Of a stretch of 64,000 nucleotides of DNA, positions 50,934 through 61,370 are shown one piece after another (within the stretch, counting starts at the first letter, position 1; every line of letters starts with the position of its first letter). The stretch comes from Thermoanaerobaculia bacterium (lineage in GTDB: Bacteria; Acidobacteriota; Thermoanaerobaculia; UBA5066): the NCBI GenBank assembly GCA_963719225.1, contig CAVRAY010000002.1:256001-320000 (forward strand). Reading direction: 5' to 3'. The position numbers and the translations under genes were made by a program. The notes beneath the pieces are model-generated. The model worked only from the letters and a program-made list of their open reading frames with translations. It was not told the DNA's origin and did no database searches.

Positions 50934-51548
50934 ATGTCTATAATGCCCGACCTCGCCGTGACGCGCCGCTTCCGACCTGCCGCAGCGCTTCTCGTGGCCG
51001 TCGCCGCCGCCGGGGTGCTGGCGTGCTCGTCGTCCAAGGACAGTGGCGTGTGGAAGGATCAGAACTCGTACGGAAGCCAGATGGCCCGGAAAGGTTTCTG
51101 GCGAGAGGCCCTGTTCCGCTACGAAAAAGCGGCCGCCCTCCATCCGGAAAGCGCCGAGATCCAGAACAATCTCGGCGTGGCGTACGAAAGCGTGGGCGAG
51201 ACATCGCGCGCCCTCGCCGCCTACAAGAGGGCTCTCGAGCTCGCGCCACAGGATCAGAAGATCAAGCGGAACTACGCGCGCTTCGCCGAGTACTACACCT
51301 CGGTCCAGCGCGCGTCTTCGCTTCCGGCGCCGTCCAGTTCCAGCCCTGCCGTTCGGCCTTCGCCCGCGCCCGCCCCCGCGGCTGAAAAGCCCGGCTCGAC
51401 CGAGCCTCCGCGCATCCCTCCGTCCGTCGGCACCGTGCCGTCCGAGGCGTCGCCCGGCTCTCCCGTTCCGCCGCCCGCGCAGAACCCGCCGGCTCCGCCG
51501 CCAGCCCCGACCCCCGGACCTCCCGCGCCGCCTTCGGGGCCGCGATGA
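50934..51548 (+). CDS. TPR lipoprotein (start possibly 50958)
   Basis: Lipobox VLAC; NNLGVAYE..AYKRALEL; Pro-rich tail. Confidence 0.8.
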   Translation: MSIMPDLAVTRRFRPAAALLVAVAAAGVLACSSSKDSGVWKDQNSYGSQMARKGFWREALFRYEKAAALHPESAEIQNNLGVAYESVGETSRALAAYKRALELAPQDQKIKRNYARFAEYYTSVQRASSLPAPSSSSPAVRPSPAPAPAAEKPGSTEPPRIPPSVGTVPSEASPGSPVPPPAQNPPAPPPAPTPGPPAPPSGPR

Positions 51549-52255
51549 GGAGCTTGGTGCGCCGCCCGGCGTCCGTGACCCTCGTCGCCGCGGCCGTGCT
51601 CGCCTCGGCGTGCGCGGGCGGAACGAAGGAGGTCAAGCTCAAGCTTCCTCTCAGGCCGAAGCTCGCGGTGACGGGGCGCGAGCGAATCTCGCTCGCGCCC
51701 TTTCTCGTGGCCTCGAAGCTCTCCGACAAGAAGGACGCGCCTCGCTACAAGGACCTCGACCTCGATGCCGAGTTCCGGCGCTATCTCGGCAAGCAGCTGA
51801 GCAAACGCACGAAGATGACGATCGTGACGATGCCCCAGGACGTGCGGCTCCCGACGCAGAACTTGAAGGACCTCGGGGAAGCCGGGGACTTCTGGCGCGG
51901 CGTGGGCGGCCGGACGGGAGCCGACATCCTGCTGACGGGCGTCGTGGACTTCCGCGTCGAGAACAAATCGGGCTACCGCAACGAAGAGTACCGGAGCGCC
52001 ATCGACGGCCGGATCTACTACCGCCAGGTGCTCGTCGAGTCCACGGGATTCACGTTCGACGTGACGGTCGTCGCGATCGACGGACACACGGGCTCGAAGC
52101 TCTTCCAGGAGAACTTCCGGGACACGAAGGAAAAGAGCAAGGCGCGCGTGGACGAGCTCGTGGGCCTCTTCGAGAACCTCTTCTCCCTCGAGAACCAGCT
52201 CCTCGGGCTCTTCGTCGTGCGTGAGCGGGAGGCGAACCGTTATGTCTTCGATTAA
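51545..52255 (+). CDS. Hypothetical lipoprotein (TolB-N/CsgG-like fold possible)
   Basis: Lipobox ASAC; GADILLTGVV; ATGA overlap. Confidence 0.65.
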   Translation: MRSLVRRPASVTLVAAAVLASACAGGTKEVKLKLPLRPKLAVTGRERISLAPFLVASKLSDKKDAPRYKDLDLDAEFRRYLGKQLSKRTKMTIVTMPQDVRLPTQNLKDLGEAGDFWRGVGGRTGADILLTGVVDFRVENKSGYRNEEYRSAIDGRIYYRQVLVESTGFTFDVTVVAIDGHTGSKLFQENFRDTKEKSKARVDELVGLFENLFSLENQLLGLFVVREREANRYVFD

Positions 52256-55118
52256 CCGCCGGGTGCGCCCCCCCCGAGCCCCCCTCTTCCTCCTTCTAGG
52301 AATCTTCTCTCTCTCGTCCCCTCTCTTCGCCGCCGGTCAGAACAAGATCGTCTACGACCAGTTCGACTGGTCCATCTACCAGTCCACGCACTTCGACGTC
52401 TTCCACTACTCGCGCGAGCGTCAGACCCTCCAGAAGGTCGTCTCGATGGCGGAGTCCGCCTACGACGAGCTTTCGCGCCGCCTGAACTACCAGATCCCGA
52501 AGCGCGTGCCGATCATCTACTACGCGAGCCACGCCGAGTTCGAGCAGAACAACATCGAGCTCAACTTCATCCCCGAGGGTGTCGGCGCCTTCGCCGAGCC
52601 GGCGCGGAACCGGATGGTCCTGCCCATCGACCTGCCCGACGAGAAGCTCCAGGCGCTCATCCAGCACGAGCTCACGCACGTCTTCCAGTACGAGATCCTG
52701 TTCGGCGGCCGGCTCGGACGCGCGCTGACGTCGAACGTCCCGACCTGGGTCGTGGAGGGCATGGCGTCCTATTACGGCAACGACGAGGACGACAAGGACC
52801 GGATGTTCCTGAGGGACGCGGTCAACCAGGACCTCATCCCGCCGATCACGAAGGTCAATATCGAAGGCTATCCGGCCTACCGGTATGGCCACGCGGTCTA
52901 CGACTTCATGGAGGCCGAGTGGGGAAAGGACGCGGTCCGCGACTTCCTCTTCGAGTACCGGTCGTTCCTGGGCCGGGACGTCTCCGTGGCCCTGCGGCGC
53001 GCTTTCGAGATCCAGCCGGACGACTTCGACCTGAAGTTCCGCCGGTACCTGAGAAGGAAGTACCTCCCGCTCCTCGCCGTCAAAGGCGAGGCTTCGGAGT
53101 ACGGCGAGCGTTTCCGCGTGGGCCAGTTCGGGCGCGAGTCCTTCGAGATCGGCGCGGCGCCGTCGCCGTCCGGAGATTTCGTCGCGACGCTCACGACCTA
53201 CAAGGGCGACGTGGACATCGCGCTGCTGTCCGTGCGCGATCGCAAGCTCTACAAGAACCTCTCGGCCGGCAGGACGACGAAGTACGAGTACATCGTCGGC
53301 CAGTACCTCACGGCGGGCCCCGAGAGCGGGCGCGACCTTTCCTTCGCCCCGGACGGCGACCGCATCGCGGTCTTCGGCCGGCAGGAGCGCGGGCGCAAGC
53401 TCCTCATTTTCTCGGCGCGCGGGGGCGGCCTTCTCGAGCGCATCTCGGTGGCGCCCGACGTGCCGCTCGCGCCGTCCTGGTCGCCCGACGGCAAGTCCAT
53501 CGTGTTCTCGGGCATCGAGGGGAACAGCCGCGACATCTTCTTCCTCGACCTCAAGTCTAAGGCCGTCCGGAACCTCACGAACGACAAGGAGTACGACGAG
53601 GCGCCCGTCTTCTCGCCGGACGGCAAGTTCGTCTATCACTCCAAGATCGTCGCCGGCTTCTCGAAAATCGTCCGTTTCCCGCTCGACGACCCGTCGAAGG
53701 CCGAGCAGGTGACGTGGGGCGACGGCAACGACGAGGACCCCTCGTTCTCGCCCGACGGCAAGAGGATCTACTTCACCTCCTCGCGCGGCGGCATCTACAA
53801 CATCTACGGGCAGGACCTGGCGACCGGCGAGATCTTCCAGTACACGGACGTGATCGGCGCCGCTCTCGGCCCCGCGGCCTTCGTCGGCCCGGACGGCCAG
53901 GAGAAGATCGTGTTCTCGGGGTTCCAGGGCCTGCGCTTCCAGCTCTACGCCGCCGACGCGAAGAAGCCCTTCAAGAAGCTCGACGAGCGCGCGCTGCCCC
54001 CTGCTCCCGTCAAGGCGGGCCTGACCGCCGGCTTCGTGCCCGCTGTCGAGGTCGCGGTCGATCCCGAGAAGCTCTCGCGCCCGAAATTCAAGATGTTCCT
54101 CGACAACGCGCAGGTCCTCGCCGGTATCAACTCCGACCAGACCTTCGTGTCGCAGGTTCTCCTGTCCTTCTCGGATTACCTCGGCGACCGGCGCGCGTTC
54201 TTCCAGTTCGACTCGGTTTCCACGTTCTCGAACTTCCGCATCGGCTATTTCAACATTGCCAAGCGCTTCCAATGGGGGCTCCAGGCCTACGACGACCGGG
54301 AGTACTTCTATTCATACAACTACCAGACGGGCGATTTCGCGCGGGACCAGCGCATCGCGCGCAACACGGGCCTGTCGCTCAACGGCTACTACCCCACCTC
54401 GCGCTACACGCGCGTGGAAGGGAACATCGGGTTCGTGAGCCGCGCTCTCGACATTCCGCTCGTCGCCTCGAACCTCGACGGAACGCAGAGCTTCTTCTTC
54501 GAGGCGCGCTCGGACAACGTCCCGACCGCCGGCGTCGGCTTCTCGTACGACACGACGCGTTACGCCAGCTTCGGGCCGCAGGGCGGAAAGAGGCTGGACC
54601 TCAACGTGCAGTACACGCCGTCGTTCAAGACGGGTGAGTCGACTCTCTCGCTGGACGCCTTCCTCGACGGGCGGATTTACCTCCCGCTTTCGCGGCGCGT
54701 GCTTTTCGCGGTGCGCGCCTTCGGTGGACTGTCGCACGGCTCGGCCCCCACGGTCTTCTACTTCGGCGGCCTCGACACGCTGCGCGGCTACGACTACCGG
54801 AGCATCATCGGAAACAAGACCTTCTACGTGAACACGGAGTTCCGCTTCCCGCTCGTGGACGTGCTCGCGACGCCGATCCTTCAGTTCGGCGGGATTCGCG
54901 GCCGGATCTTCGTGGACGTGGGCGGGGCCTGGTTGAACGACCAGTCCTTCCAGTTCTGGCAGGACGGGCGGTTGAAGGACGGGCACGCCTCCTACGGAGC
55001 CGGCTTCAGCGTCTATTTCCTCGGCCTGCCGTGGAACGTGGACTTCTCGAAGCAGTGGGACTTCCGCTCGTCGCAGTCGGACCTGCAGACGACTTTCTAC
55101 GTCGGGACGACGTTCTGA
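52242..55118 (+). CDS. Omp85/BamA-TamA family protein with N-terminal zinc-peptidase-like domain and PD40 beta-propeller
   Basis: HELTH...WVVEGMASY; repeated SPDG motifs; LRGY; C-terminal Phe. Confidence 0.85.
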   Translation: MSSINRRVRPPRAPLFLLLGIFSLSSPLFAAGQNKIVYDQFDWSIYQSTHFDVFHYSRERQTLQKVVSMAESAYDELSRRLNYQIPKRVPIIYYASHAEFEQNNIELNFIPEGVGAFAEPARNRMVLPIDLPDEKLQALIQHELTHVFQYEILFGGRLGRALTSNVPTWVVEGMASYYGNDEDDKDRMFLRDAVNQDLIPPITKVNIEGYPAYRYGHAVYDFMEAEWGKDAVRDFLFEYRSFLGRDVSVALRRAFEIQPDDFDLKFRRYLRRKYLPLLAVKGEASEYGERFRVGQFGRESFEIGAAPSPSGDFVATLTTYKGDVDIALLSVRDRKLYKNLSAGRTTKYEYIVGQYLTAGPESGRDLSFAPDGDRIAVFGRQERGRKLLIFSARGGGLLERISVAPDVPLAPSWSPDGKSIVFSGIEGNSRDIFFLDLKSKAVRNLTNDKEYDEAPVFSPDGKFVYHSKIVAGFSKIVRFPLDDPSKAEQVTWGDGNDEDPSFSPDGKRIYFTSSRGGIYNIYGQDLATGEIFQYTDVIGAALGPAAFVGPDGQEKIVFSGFQGLRFQLYAADAKKPFKKLDERALPPAPVKAGLTAGFVPAVEVAVDPEKLSRPKFKMFLDNAQVLAGINSDQTFVSQVLLSFSDYLGDRRAFFQFDSVSTFSNFRIGYFNIAKRFQWGLQAYDDREYFYSYNYQTGDFARDQRIARNTGLSLNGYYPTSRYTRVEGNIGFVSRALDIPLVASNLDGTQSFFFEARSDNVPTAGVGFSYDTTRYASFGPQGGKRLDLNVQYTPSFKTGESTLSLDAFLDGRIYLPLSRRVLFAVRAFGGLSHGSAPTVFYFGGLDTLRGYDYRSIIGNKTFYVNTEFRFPLVDVLATPILQFGGIRGRIFVDVGGAWLNDQSFQFWQDGRLKDGHASYGAGFSVYFLGLPWNVDFSKQWDFRSSQSDLQTTFYVGTTF

Positions 55119-55141
55119 AGGGGAAATCCGAGGGGCGTTTT

Positions 55142-55217
55142 TCGAGCGGTGAAGGGGGCCGGGGGGAAACGCGACCGCGTTTCCCCCATTTCTCGCAGCT
55201 GCCAGCGCGCCCTTCTC
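55142..55217 (+). repeat. REP-like palindromic element, copy 3
   Basis: GTGAAGGGGGCCGGGGGGAAACGCG-AC-CGCGTTTCCCCC... Confidence 0.8.
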
Positions 55218-55264
55218 CGGTCGCGGGCGGAGCCTGCGGCGCGCTGGCTGCATAATCCGCGGCC

Positions 55265-56026
55265 GTGCGTATCCGTGTCCTCGGGGCCCACGGCGGCTCC
55301 TCGCCTCTCCATCGTCAGACGTCGTTCCTGGTGAACGGCACGGTCTGTCTCGATGCGGGCTCTCTCACCGACGCGCTCTCGCTCGACGAGCAGGCGGGCG
55401 TCCGTGCCGTCCTCGTGACCCACGCCCACATGGACCACGTCGCGTCTCTCCCGTTCCTCGTCGAGAACGTCTTCGGGCGGAACGGCTCGCCGCTCGAGAT
55501 CGTCGCTCCCGAGGAGGTCCTCGCCGCGCTCAGGGCGCATCTCTTCAACGACGCCCTCTGGCCGGACTTCTCGCGTCTGCCGAACGACGCCGTTCCTGCC
55601 GTCTCGTTTCGCGCGATCCCGACGGGCAGCCCGTGCCGGGTCGCGGGCCTCGTCGCGACCGCCGTTCCCGTCTCGCACGTGGTTCCCACCTGCGGCTACA
55701 TCCTGGAGGACGACGGCGCCTGCGTCGTCTTCTCGGGCGACACCGGCCCGACGGAAGCGCTGTGGCAGGCCGCCCGGGCCCGTTCGGACGTGAAGGGGCT
55801 CTTCGTGGAGTGCTCGTTCCCGAACACCCTCCAGCACCTCGCGGACGTTTCGAAACACCTGACGCCCGCAACGCTCTCGCGGGAGATCCAGAAGCTCCCG
55901 CCCGGCATCCCGATCTACCTCTACCACATGAAGCCGCCGACGCTCGAGCGCCTCCGCGCCGAAATCGCGGCGCTCGGGAACGGGCGCGTTTCTCTTCTCG
56001 CCGACGGGGACGAGCTGACGTTCTAG
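55265..56026 (+). CDS. 3',5'-cyclic-nucleotide phosphodiesterase (metallo-beta-lactamase fold)
   Basis: LGAHGG, THAHMDH, HLFND..WPDF, SGDTGPT, ECSFPN, YHMKP. Confidence 0.85.
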   Translation: MRIRVLGAHGGSSPLHRQTSFLVNGTVCLDAGSLTDALSLDEQAGVRAVLVTHAHMDHVASLPFLVENVFGRNGSPLEIVAPEEVLAALRAHLFNDALWPDFSRLPNDAVPAVSFRAIPTGSPCRVAGLVATAVPVSHVVPTCGYILEDDGACVVFSGDTGPTEALWQAARARSDVKGLFVECSFPNTLQHLADVSKHLTPATLSREIQKLPPGIPIYLYHMKPPTLERLRAEIAALGNGRVSLLADGDELTF

Positions 56027-57165
56027 CCGCTCGTCAGCGCGAAGATCTCCGACACGAGGTGGAAAACGAGCGTCTTGCGGACCGCTTCCGAAGGCCCTTC
56101 CTGGGGAAGTGAGGGAGCGAGCGCCGATTCGATCGTGATCCTCGAGCCCGCCCCGGCCTGTTCCACGAGGACCTTGCGGCCGACGACGAGCGAGAGAGGC
56201 GGGATGTCGCGTGCGATCCGGCGGCGGGCCTCGTCGGCGGAGACGGGGCTCGCGTGATAGACGGAGAGCGTCGCGGGAATCGGCGGCTCTTGCGATTCCT
56301 CCGGTAAAGGGACGTCTCCGAGCTCGAGCGCGAAGAGCTTCTCGAGAGCGGCGCGCGAAGAAGCAGGAAGCGCGTACTCGAGCCGGCTCCACGCGTCCAG
56401 GATCGTCATGCGCCCCGCTCCCCAGAAAAGAACCCGGTCGTCGAGGACGCGAAGGGCGAAGGGTTTCTTGCTCCCTCTCGATTCGTGGTGTGCGCCGGCA
56501 TCGGGAGACGGTCTGCGAACTTCTTCGAATGGAATAGGTATTGAGGCCGGCGCCGGGGGGAGTCTGACCAGCTCCGAAACCTCGCCGCGCGCGTCGCACG
56601 TCACGCGCACCGAGCCATCCGGCGCGACCGCTGCGGACAGTTTTCCAAATCCCGTCGGGATCTCCTGGGCCGGCAGATCCAACGGCATCAGAACGGGGAG
56701 TGGGAATGCGGTGTCCGCGAGGATGCGCCGCCCTTCGAGAGTTGCGATGACCGCTCGATGCGCCACACCCCCATTCACCTTCAAAGAAAAATCACCCTCT
56801 CCCGAGCCGAGGCGCGACTCGCCACGCTCGGGCGGGTCCTGCTCATGCTGCTCCCAGGGCCTTCGGCACGCGCCGTCTGCGAGGGCGACGTCGAAGCCCA
56901 ACCCCCGCGCGAGCCACACGAACGCGCGGGAGCGCTCTTCGCCGACGAGGCCCCGTTCCTCCTCGACCCATTCCGCGAAGAAGGCCTCGGGGTCGAAGCT
57001 TTCGGGGTCTCCCGCCGGGCGCGTGAGCGTCTCGCACGCGACCCGGCGCGTGAAGCGCAGGAAGAGGTCCTCGAACGCCCTCCCGTCGTTCCCCCGCCTC
57101 TCGAAGGACAGCGCCTCGAGGACCGCGTCGAGCTGCGCCGCGTCACCCTCGCCGGATGGTGGCAT
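56023..57165 (-). CDS. Divergent arylamine N-acetyltransferase-like protein
   Basis: VACETL...RGLVGEE..F..LARGLGFDV...HRAVIATLEGRRILADTAF. Confidence 0.5.
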   Translation of the reverse strand: MPPSGEGDAAQLDAVLEALSFERRGNDGRAFEDLFLRFTRRVACETLTRPAGDPESFDPEAFFAEWVEEERGLVGEERSRAFVWLARGLGFDVALADGACRRPWEQHEQDPPERGESRLGSGEGDFSLKVNGGVAHRAVIATLEGRRILADTAFPLPVLMPLDLPAQEIPTGFGKLSAAVAPDGSVRVTCDARGEVSELVRLPPAPASIPIPFEEVRRPSPDAGAHHESRGSKKPFALRVLDDRVLFWGAGRMTILDAWSRLEYALPASSRAALEKLFALELGDVPLPEESQEPPIPATLSVYHASPVSADEARRRIARDIPPLSLVVGRKVLVEQAGAGSRITIESALAPSLPQEGPSEAVRKTLVFHLVSEIFALTSG

Positions 57166-57171
57166 CCGGAT

Positions 57172-57957
57172 TTAGGAACGGTGAGCGAGGACGGAGGCGA
57201 GGCCGCGCTGCCCGGTCTCGGAGAACCACGAGTCCACGAAGGCCTTCCGTCCCTCGGGGAGCACGTTCTTCGCCCTCTCGTACGCCGCTCCCCTCAGGTC
57301 GCGCTTGATGGCCGTGTAGACCTCGCTGGAGGCGCCGCCGAGCTCCTCCACGAAGGTCACGGCCTCCTCGAGAAGACGGTCCGGGGGAACGATCCGGTCG
57401 ATTGCGCCGAACTCGCGCGCCTCGCGGAACGACATCGTGTCTCCGCGCAGCGCCCAGCGCGTGAGCGTCTGCTCGCCGACCGTGCTGCGGATCGCTTCCA
57501 TGCAGTGGCGCGGCAGGTGGATCCCGAGCCGCACCCCCGGCAGGCCGATCGTGCCCGGTCCCTCGGCCGCGAAACGAAAGTCCGCCGTGGCCGCGAGGAG
57601 AGCACCGCCCGCGACGGCGTGCCCCGTCAGCGCCGCGACGAGGGGCTTGCCGAGGAGGAACAGGTCGAAAAAGAGCGCGTCGAAGACGCGGGCGAAGCGG
57701 GCGAACTCCTCGGCGCTCGCCCGCGCCAGCCTCAGGTCGAATCCGCCGCAGAAGATCTTCGGCGAGCGGGAGGTCAGGACCACGCCGCGGACGGAGGGAT
57801 CGTCCTGCGCCTTGAGTGCGGCCTCCTGAATCGCGGCGGCGAACTCCGTCGAGATGGCGTTCGCCTTCCCCCGGCCCATCGCGAGGATCCTCACGCCGCC
57901 CCGGTCCTCCACGAGGAGGTCGGTGGGGGAGTCGATCGTCAGGGCGTGCGCGCTCAA
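57172..57957 (-). CDS. Enoyl-CoA hydratase/isomerase family protein
   Basis: FCGGFDL, KPLVAALTGHAVAGG. Confidence 0.88.
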   Translation of the reverse strand: MSAHALTIDSPTDLLVEDRGGVRILAMGRGKANAISTEFAAAIQEAALKAQDDPSVRGVVLTSRSPKIFCGGFDLRLARASAEEFARFARVFDALFFDLFLLGKPLVAALTGHAVAGGALLAATADFRFAAEGPGTIGLPGVRLGIHLPRHCMEAIRSTVGEQTLTRWALRGDTMSFREAREFGAIDRIVPPDRLLEEAVTFVEELGGASSEVYTAIKRDLRGAAYERAKNVLPEGRKAFVDSWFSETGQRGLASVLAHRS

Positions 57958-57970
57958 CGAGGCGAGTTTC

Positions 57971-58549
57971 TCACGCGTCGGTGCGGCCGGACAGAAAGAG
58001 GCCGAGGACCCGGCGATCGTCCGTCAGCTCCGGATGGAACGTCGCGGCGGTGATGTTGCCCTTGCGCACGAGCACGGGATCTCCGTCGCGCCGGGCGAGG
58101 ATTTCGACGGACGGATCGACCGCGGAGATCCTCGGGGCGCGGATGAAGACGGCTTCGAGCGGCTCTTTTCCGAGGGCCGAGGGCTCGACGTCCGTGAGGC
58201 GCACGATGGACGAGTCGTGCTGCCGGCCATAGGCGTTGCGCACGACCGTCATCGGGAGGAGGCCCAGTCCCTGCGAGGACGGCCCCTCCACGTCGCGCGC
58301 GAGCAGGATCGCTCCCGCGCACGTGCCGAGGACGGGGTCGCCGCGGCGCGCGACGGTGAGGATCGCCTCTTCGATTCCCGTCCCCTCCATGAGCTTTCGG
58401 AACGTCGTCGACTCGCCGCCGGGGAGAACGAGGCCTTCGGATTCCAGGATCTCGTCCGCCCCGCGGACCTCCCGCGCGCCGACGCCCGCCCGCCGGAGCG
58501 CGTCGACGTGCGCCTCGAAATCGCCCTGGAGCGCCAGGACTCCGATCAC
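57971..58549 (-). CDS. pdxT: PLP synthase glutaminase subunit
   Basis: GVLALQG, PGGESTT, GTCAG, FIRAP, FHPE. Confidence 0.96.
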   Translation of the reverse strand: MIGVLALQGDFEAHVDALRRAGVGAREVRGADEILESEGLVLPGGESTTFRKLMEGTGIEEAILTVARRGDPVLGTCAGAILLARDVEGPSSQGLGLLPMTVVRNAYGRQHDSSIVRLTDVEPSALGKEPLEAVFIRAPRISAVDPSVEILARRDGDPVLVRKGNITAATFHPELTDDRRVLGLFLSGRTDA

Positions 58550-58550
58550 C

Positions 58551-59468
58551 TTACCAGCCGCGGGTCTGGAGCAGATCGGCCTCGGTGAGCTTCGCGGCCT
58601 CGATGCCCTTCATGCCTTCGCCGAGATCTTCGGATGCCTTCGCGATCCGCGCGGGATCCTGGAAATGCGTCGTCGCCTCGACGATGGCGCGCGCGCGCTT
58701 CGCCGGATCGGACGACTTGAAGATGCCGGAGCCCACGAATACCGCCTCGGCGCCGAGCATGCGGCAGAGCGCCGCATCCGCGGGCGTCGCGATGCCGCCG
58801 GCGGCGAAGTTCGGGACGGGAAGCCGCCCGTAGGTCGCGACCCAGGCCACGAGCTCGAAGGGAGCGCCGAGGTTCTTCGCCGCGGCCATCCACTCGTCCT
58901 TCGTCAGGAGCGTGAGCGCCTTGATCTGCCGCGTGACCTCGCGGAGGTGCTTCACCGCGTGGACGATGTCGCCCGTGCCGGCCTCGCCCTTCGTCCGGAT
59001 CATGGCCGCGCCCTCGCCGATGCGCCGGAGGGCCTCGCCGAGATTTCGGCAGCCGCACACGAACGGCACCTTGTAGTCGTGCTTGTAGACGTGATTCTCC
59101 TCGTCCGCCGGCGTGAGCACCTCGGACTCGTCGACGAAATCCACCTCGAGGGACTCGAGGATCCTCGCTTCCGCGAGGTGGCCGATTCGGCATTTCGCCA
59201 TGACGGGAATCGACACGGCGGCCTCGATCTCGCGGATCTTCGCGACGGGAGACATGCGCGCGACGCCGCCGTCGCGCCGGATGTCGGCCGGGACGCGCTC
59301 GAGCGCCATCACGGCGGCGGCCCCGGCGTCCTCGGCGATCCGCGCCTGGTCGGCATCGACGACGTCCATGATGACGCCGCCCTTGAGCATCTCGGCGAGG
59401 CCGACTTTCACGCGGAACTCGTCGGACGAGAACGGCGAGGGAATCTGGAATCCGCTGACTGGTGTCAT
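58551..59468 (-). CDS. pdxS: PLP synthase lyase subunit
   Basis: [39 protein letters not shown]. Confidence 0.97.
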   Translation of the reverse strand: MTPVSGFQIPSPFSSDEFRVKVGLAEMLKGGVIMDVVDADQARIAEDAGAAAVMALERVPADIRRDGGVARMSPVAKIREIEAAVSIPVMAKCRIGHLAEARILESLEVDFVDESEVLTPADEENHVYKHDYKVPFVCGCRNLGEALRRIGEGAAMIRTKGEAGTGDIVHAVKHLREVTRQIKALTLLTKDEWMAAAKNLGAPFELVAWVATYGRLPVPNFAAGGIATPADAALCRMLGAEAVFVGSGIFKSSDPAKRARAIVEATTHFQDPARIAKASEDLGEGMKGIEAAKLTEADLLQTRGW

Positions 59469-59482
59469 TTTTTTCCTCTTCC

Positions 59483-61003
59483 TCAAATCTGAATGAGCGC
59501 TGCTTCCGCGGCCTGGGCCGCTTCGCGGACGTCGCGCGCGGGGCTCTTCTTCTGCCGCGCGGCCTGCCGGGCGAGCTCGCGCGCCTGGGCGCCGGCGATC
59601 TCGAGGGCTTTCTCGAGGTCCGAGGCGGACCCGCGCGCCACCGAGATCCGGATCGCGTTGACGTCGGTCTGGTCGGCCATGAACTCGGCGCCCGCCGAGA
59701 GGAGGACGCCTTTCTCGCGCGCCGCCGCGGCGAGAGCGCGGCCCGACACGCCGGGAGGAAGCTCGACCCAGAGCACGTAGCCTCCGGAAGGCCTCTCGAC
59801 GCGCGTCCCGATCGGAAACCGGTTCACGAGCGTGCGGTGCGCGAGCGCGAGGCGGGTTTTCAGGCGGCTCCGCGTCTTCGCGAGATGCCGGTCGTAGTCA
59901 CCTCTGACGAGAAAGAGGTTCAGGGCGGCCTGGAGAACCGGCGGCGAGGTCAGCTCTCCGACGCGTTTGAGCGCCGCGAGCCGGTGGACGAATTCCCTGG
60001 GACCCGAGATCCACCCGACCCTCACCCCGGGGAAGAGCGCCTTCGAGATCGTCCCGAGGTGGACGACGTGCGCGGGCGCGAACGCCGCGAGCGGCTGCGG
60101 CAGCGCCCCCTCGACGAGGAGGTCCGCGTCGAAGGCATCCTCCACGAGGAGGACGCCCGCTTGGGCCGCGCGCTCGGCGATCTCCGCCCTCCGGGCGGAT
60201 GAGGACAGGAGACCCGTCGGATTCTGAAAATCCGGAATCGTGTACGCGAACTTCGGCTTCTCCTGGAGGGCGCGCTCGAACGCGGCGAGCGCGGGACCCG
60301 CGCCGTCGAGCGGCACTCCCACGAGGCGTGCCCGGTGCGCCCGGAAGAGTGAAAGCGCCCCCGCGTACGACGGCGTCTCGACGACAACCGGGTCGCCCGG
60401 GTCCACGAGGGCGCGCGTGATGAGGTCGAGCCCCTGCTGCGCTCCGTTCACGATGAGGAGCGCGTCCGGGTCGGCCGGGATGCCGCGCTTGGCGAGGCGC
60501 GCGGCGAGCGTCTCGCGGAGCGGGCGGTAGCCGAACGGGGAGCCGTATGCCAGGAGTGAGCCGTCGCGGGCCACGTCGGCGAGGAGCGCCGCGAAGGCCG
60601 CCGCCGGGAAATCCCGCTCGTCCGGAGCCAGTCGCGAAAGGTCGTAGGGCACCGAGACCGGCTCGACGGCCGGAGGCTCGGAGAGGATGCGGGTCAGAAG
60701 CGACGACGCGATGCGGTCCCATGCGGGCGCGGGGCCGAGGACGGGACCCGCGCTGGAGCGGCGCGCGACTCGCGTCCCCGCGCCCTTGTTCGTCTCGATC
60801 CAGCCTTCGCGCTTGAGGAGCTGCAGGGCCTGGTGCACCGTCGCGCGGTTGACCTCGAGGGCGCGCGCGAGATCGCGCGACGCCGGCAGGCGCTCGCCCT
60901 CGAGATGCCGGCCGCGGCGGATGTCGCGGATGATGGCGTCCGCGATCGTCCGGTAGAGCGGGACGCGTAGGGGCGGGGCGGAGTCGAGCACGTTCCTCGC
61001 CAT
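59483..61003 (-). CDS. MocR/GabR family (PdxR-like) transcriptional regulator
   Basis: GntR wHTH ([14 protein letters not shown]) plus aminotransferase-like domain ([23 protein letters not shown]). Confidence 0.9.
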   Translation of the reverse strand: MARNVLDSAPPLRVPLYRTIADAIIRDIRRGRHLEGERLPASRDLARALEVNRATVHQALQLLKREGWIETNKGAGTRVARRSSAGPVLGPAPAWDRIASSLLTRILSEPPAVEPVSVPYDLSRLAPDERDFPAAAFAALLADVARDGSLLAYGSPFGYRPLRETLAARLAKRGIPADPDALLIVNGAQQGLDLITRALVDPGDPVVVETPSYAGALSLFRAHRARLVGVPLDGAGPALAAFERALQEKPKFAYTIPDFQNPTGLLSSSARRAEIAERAAQAGVLLVEDAFDADLLVEGALPQPLAAFAPAHVVHLGTISKALFPGVRVGWISGPREFVHRLAALKRVGELTSPPVLQAALNLFLVRGDYDRHLAKTRSRLKTRLALAHRTLVNRFPIGTRVERPSGGYVLWVELPPGVSGRALAAAAREKGVLLSAGAEFMADQTDVNAIRISVARGSASDLEKALEIAGAQARELARQAARQKKSPARDVREAAQAAEAALIQI

Positions 61004-61013
61004 GCCGGGAATG

Positions 61014-61065
61014 TTGGCCTTGGCCTAGACCAAGGTCAAACCCATCGCGATACGAGACCAACCAA
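61014..61065. promoter_or_regulatory. Putative operator of the MocR regulator
   Basis: Inverted repeat TTGGCCTTGG-N6-CCAAGGTCAA (61014-61039) plus ACCAACCAA (61057-61065) directly upstream of the regulator. Confidence 0.5.
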
Positions 61066-61088
61066 GACGGAATCCGGGGCGACCGCGC

Positions 61089-61370
61089 TCATTCGCCGCG
61101 GGAGAGGAGAGCGGCATACGCGCGCTCCATCTCCTCGGCAAAGAGCAGGTCCCACTCGCGCGAGCCCTCGACGACGCGCCGCGACTTCCCGAGGAGCTTC
61201 TTCTGGGTCTCGGCCGACAGGCGCTCGTTTTCCTTGTCCCACGCGAGGACCGCCTGAAGGATGTGGTTCCTCAGGAACTCGCGCTCGGCCAGGAGCGCGA
61301 CGCCCGGTGTCTTCGAGAGTCGCTCGATCATCCGGTGCGAGAGGTCCACGGCGCGCGCGCGGGAGATCAA
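61089..61370 (-). CDS. DUF507 family protein
   Basis: EGSREWDLLF motif; small helical protein. Confidence 0.7.
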   Translation of the reverse strand: MISRARAVDLSHRMIERLSKTPGVALLAEREFLRNHILQAVLAWDKENERLSAETQKKLLGKSRRVVEGSREWDLLFAEEMERAYAALLSRGE

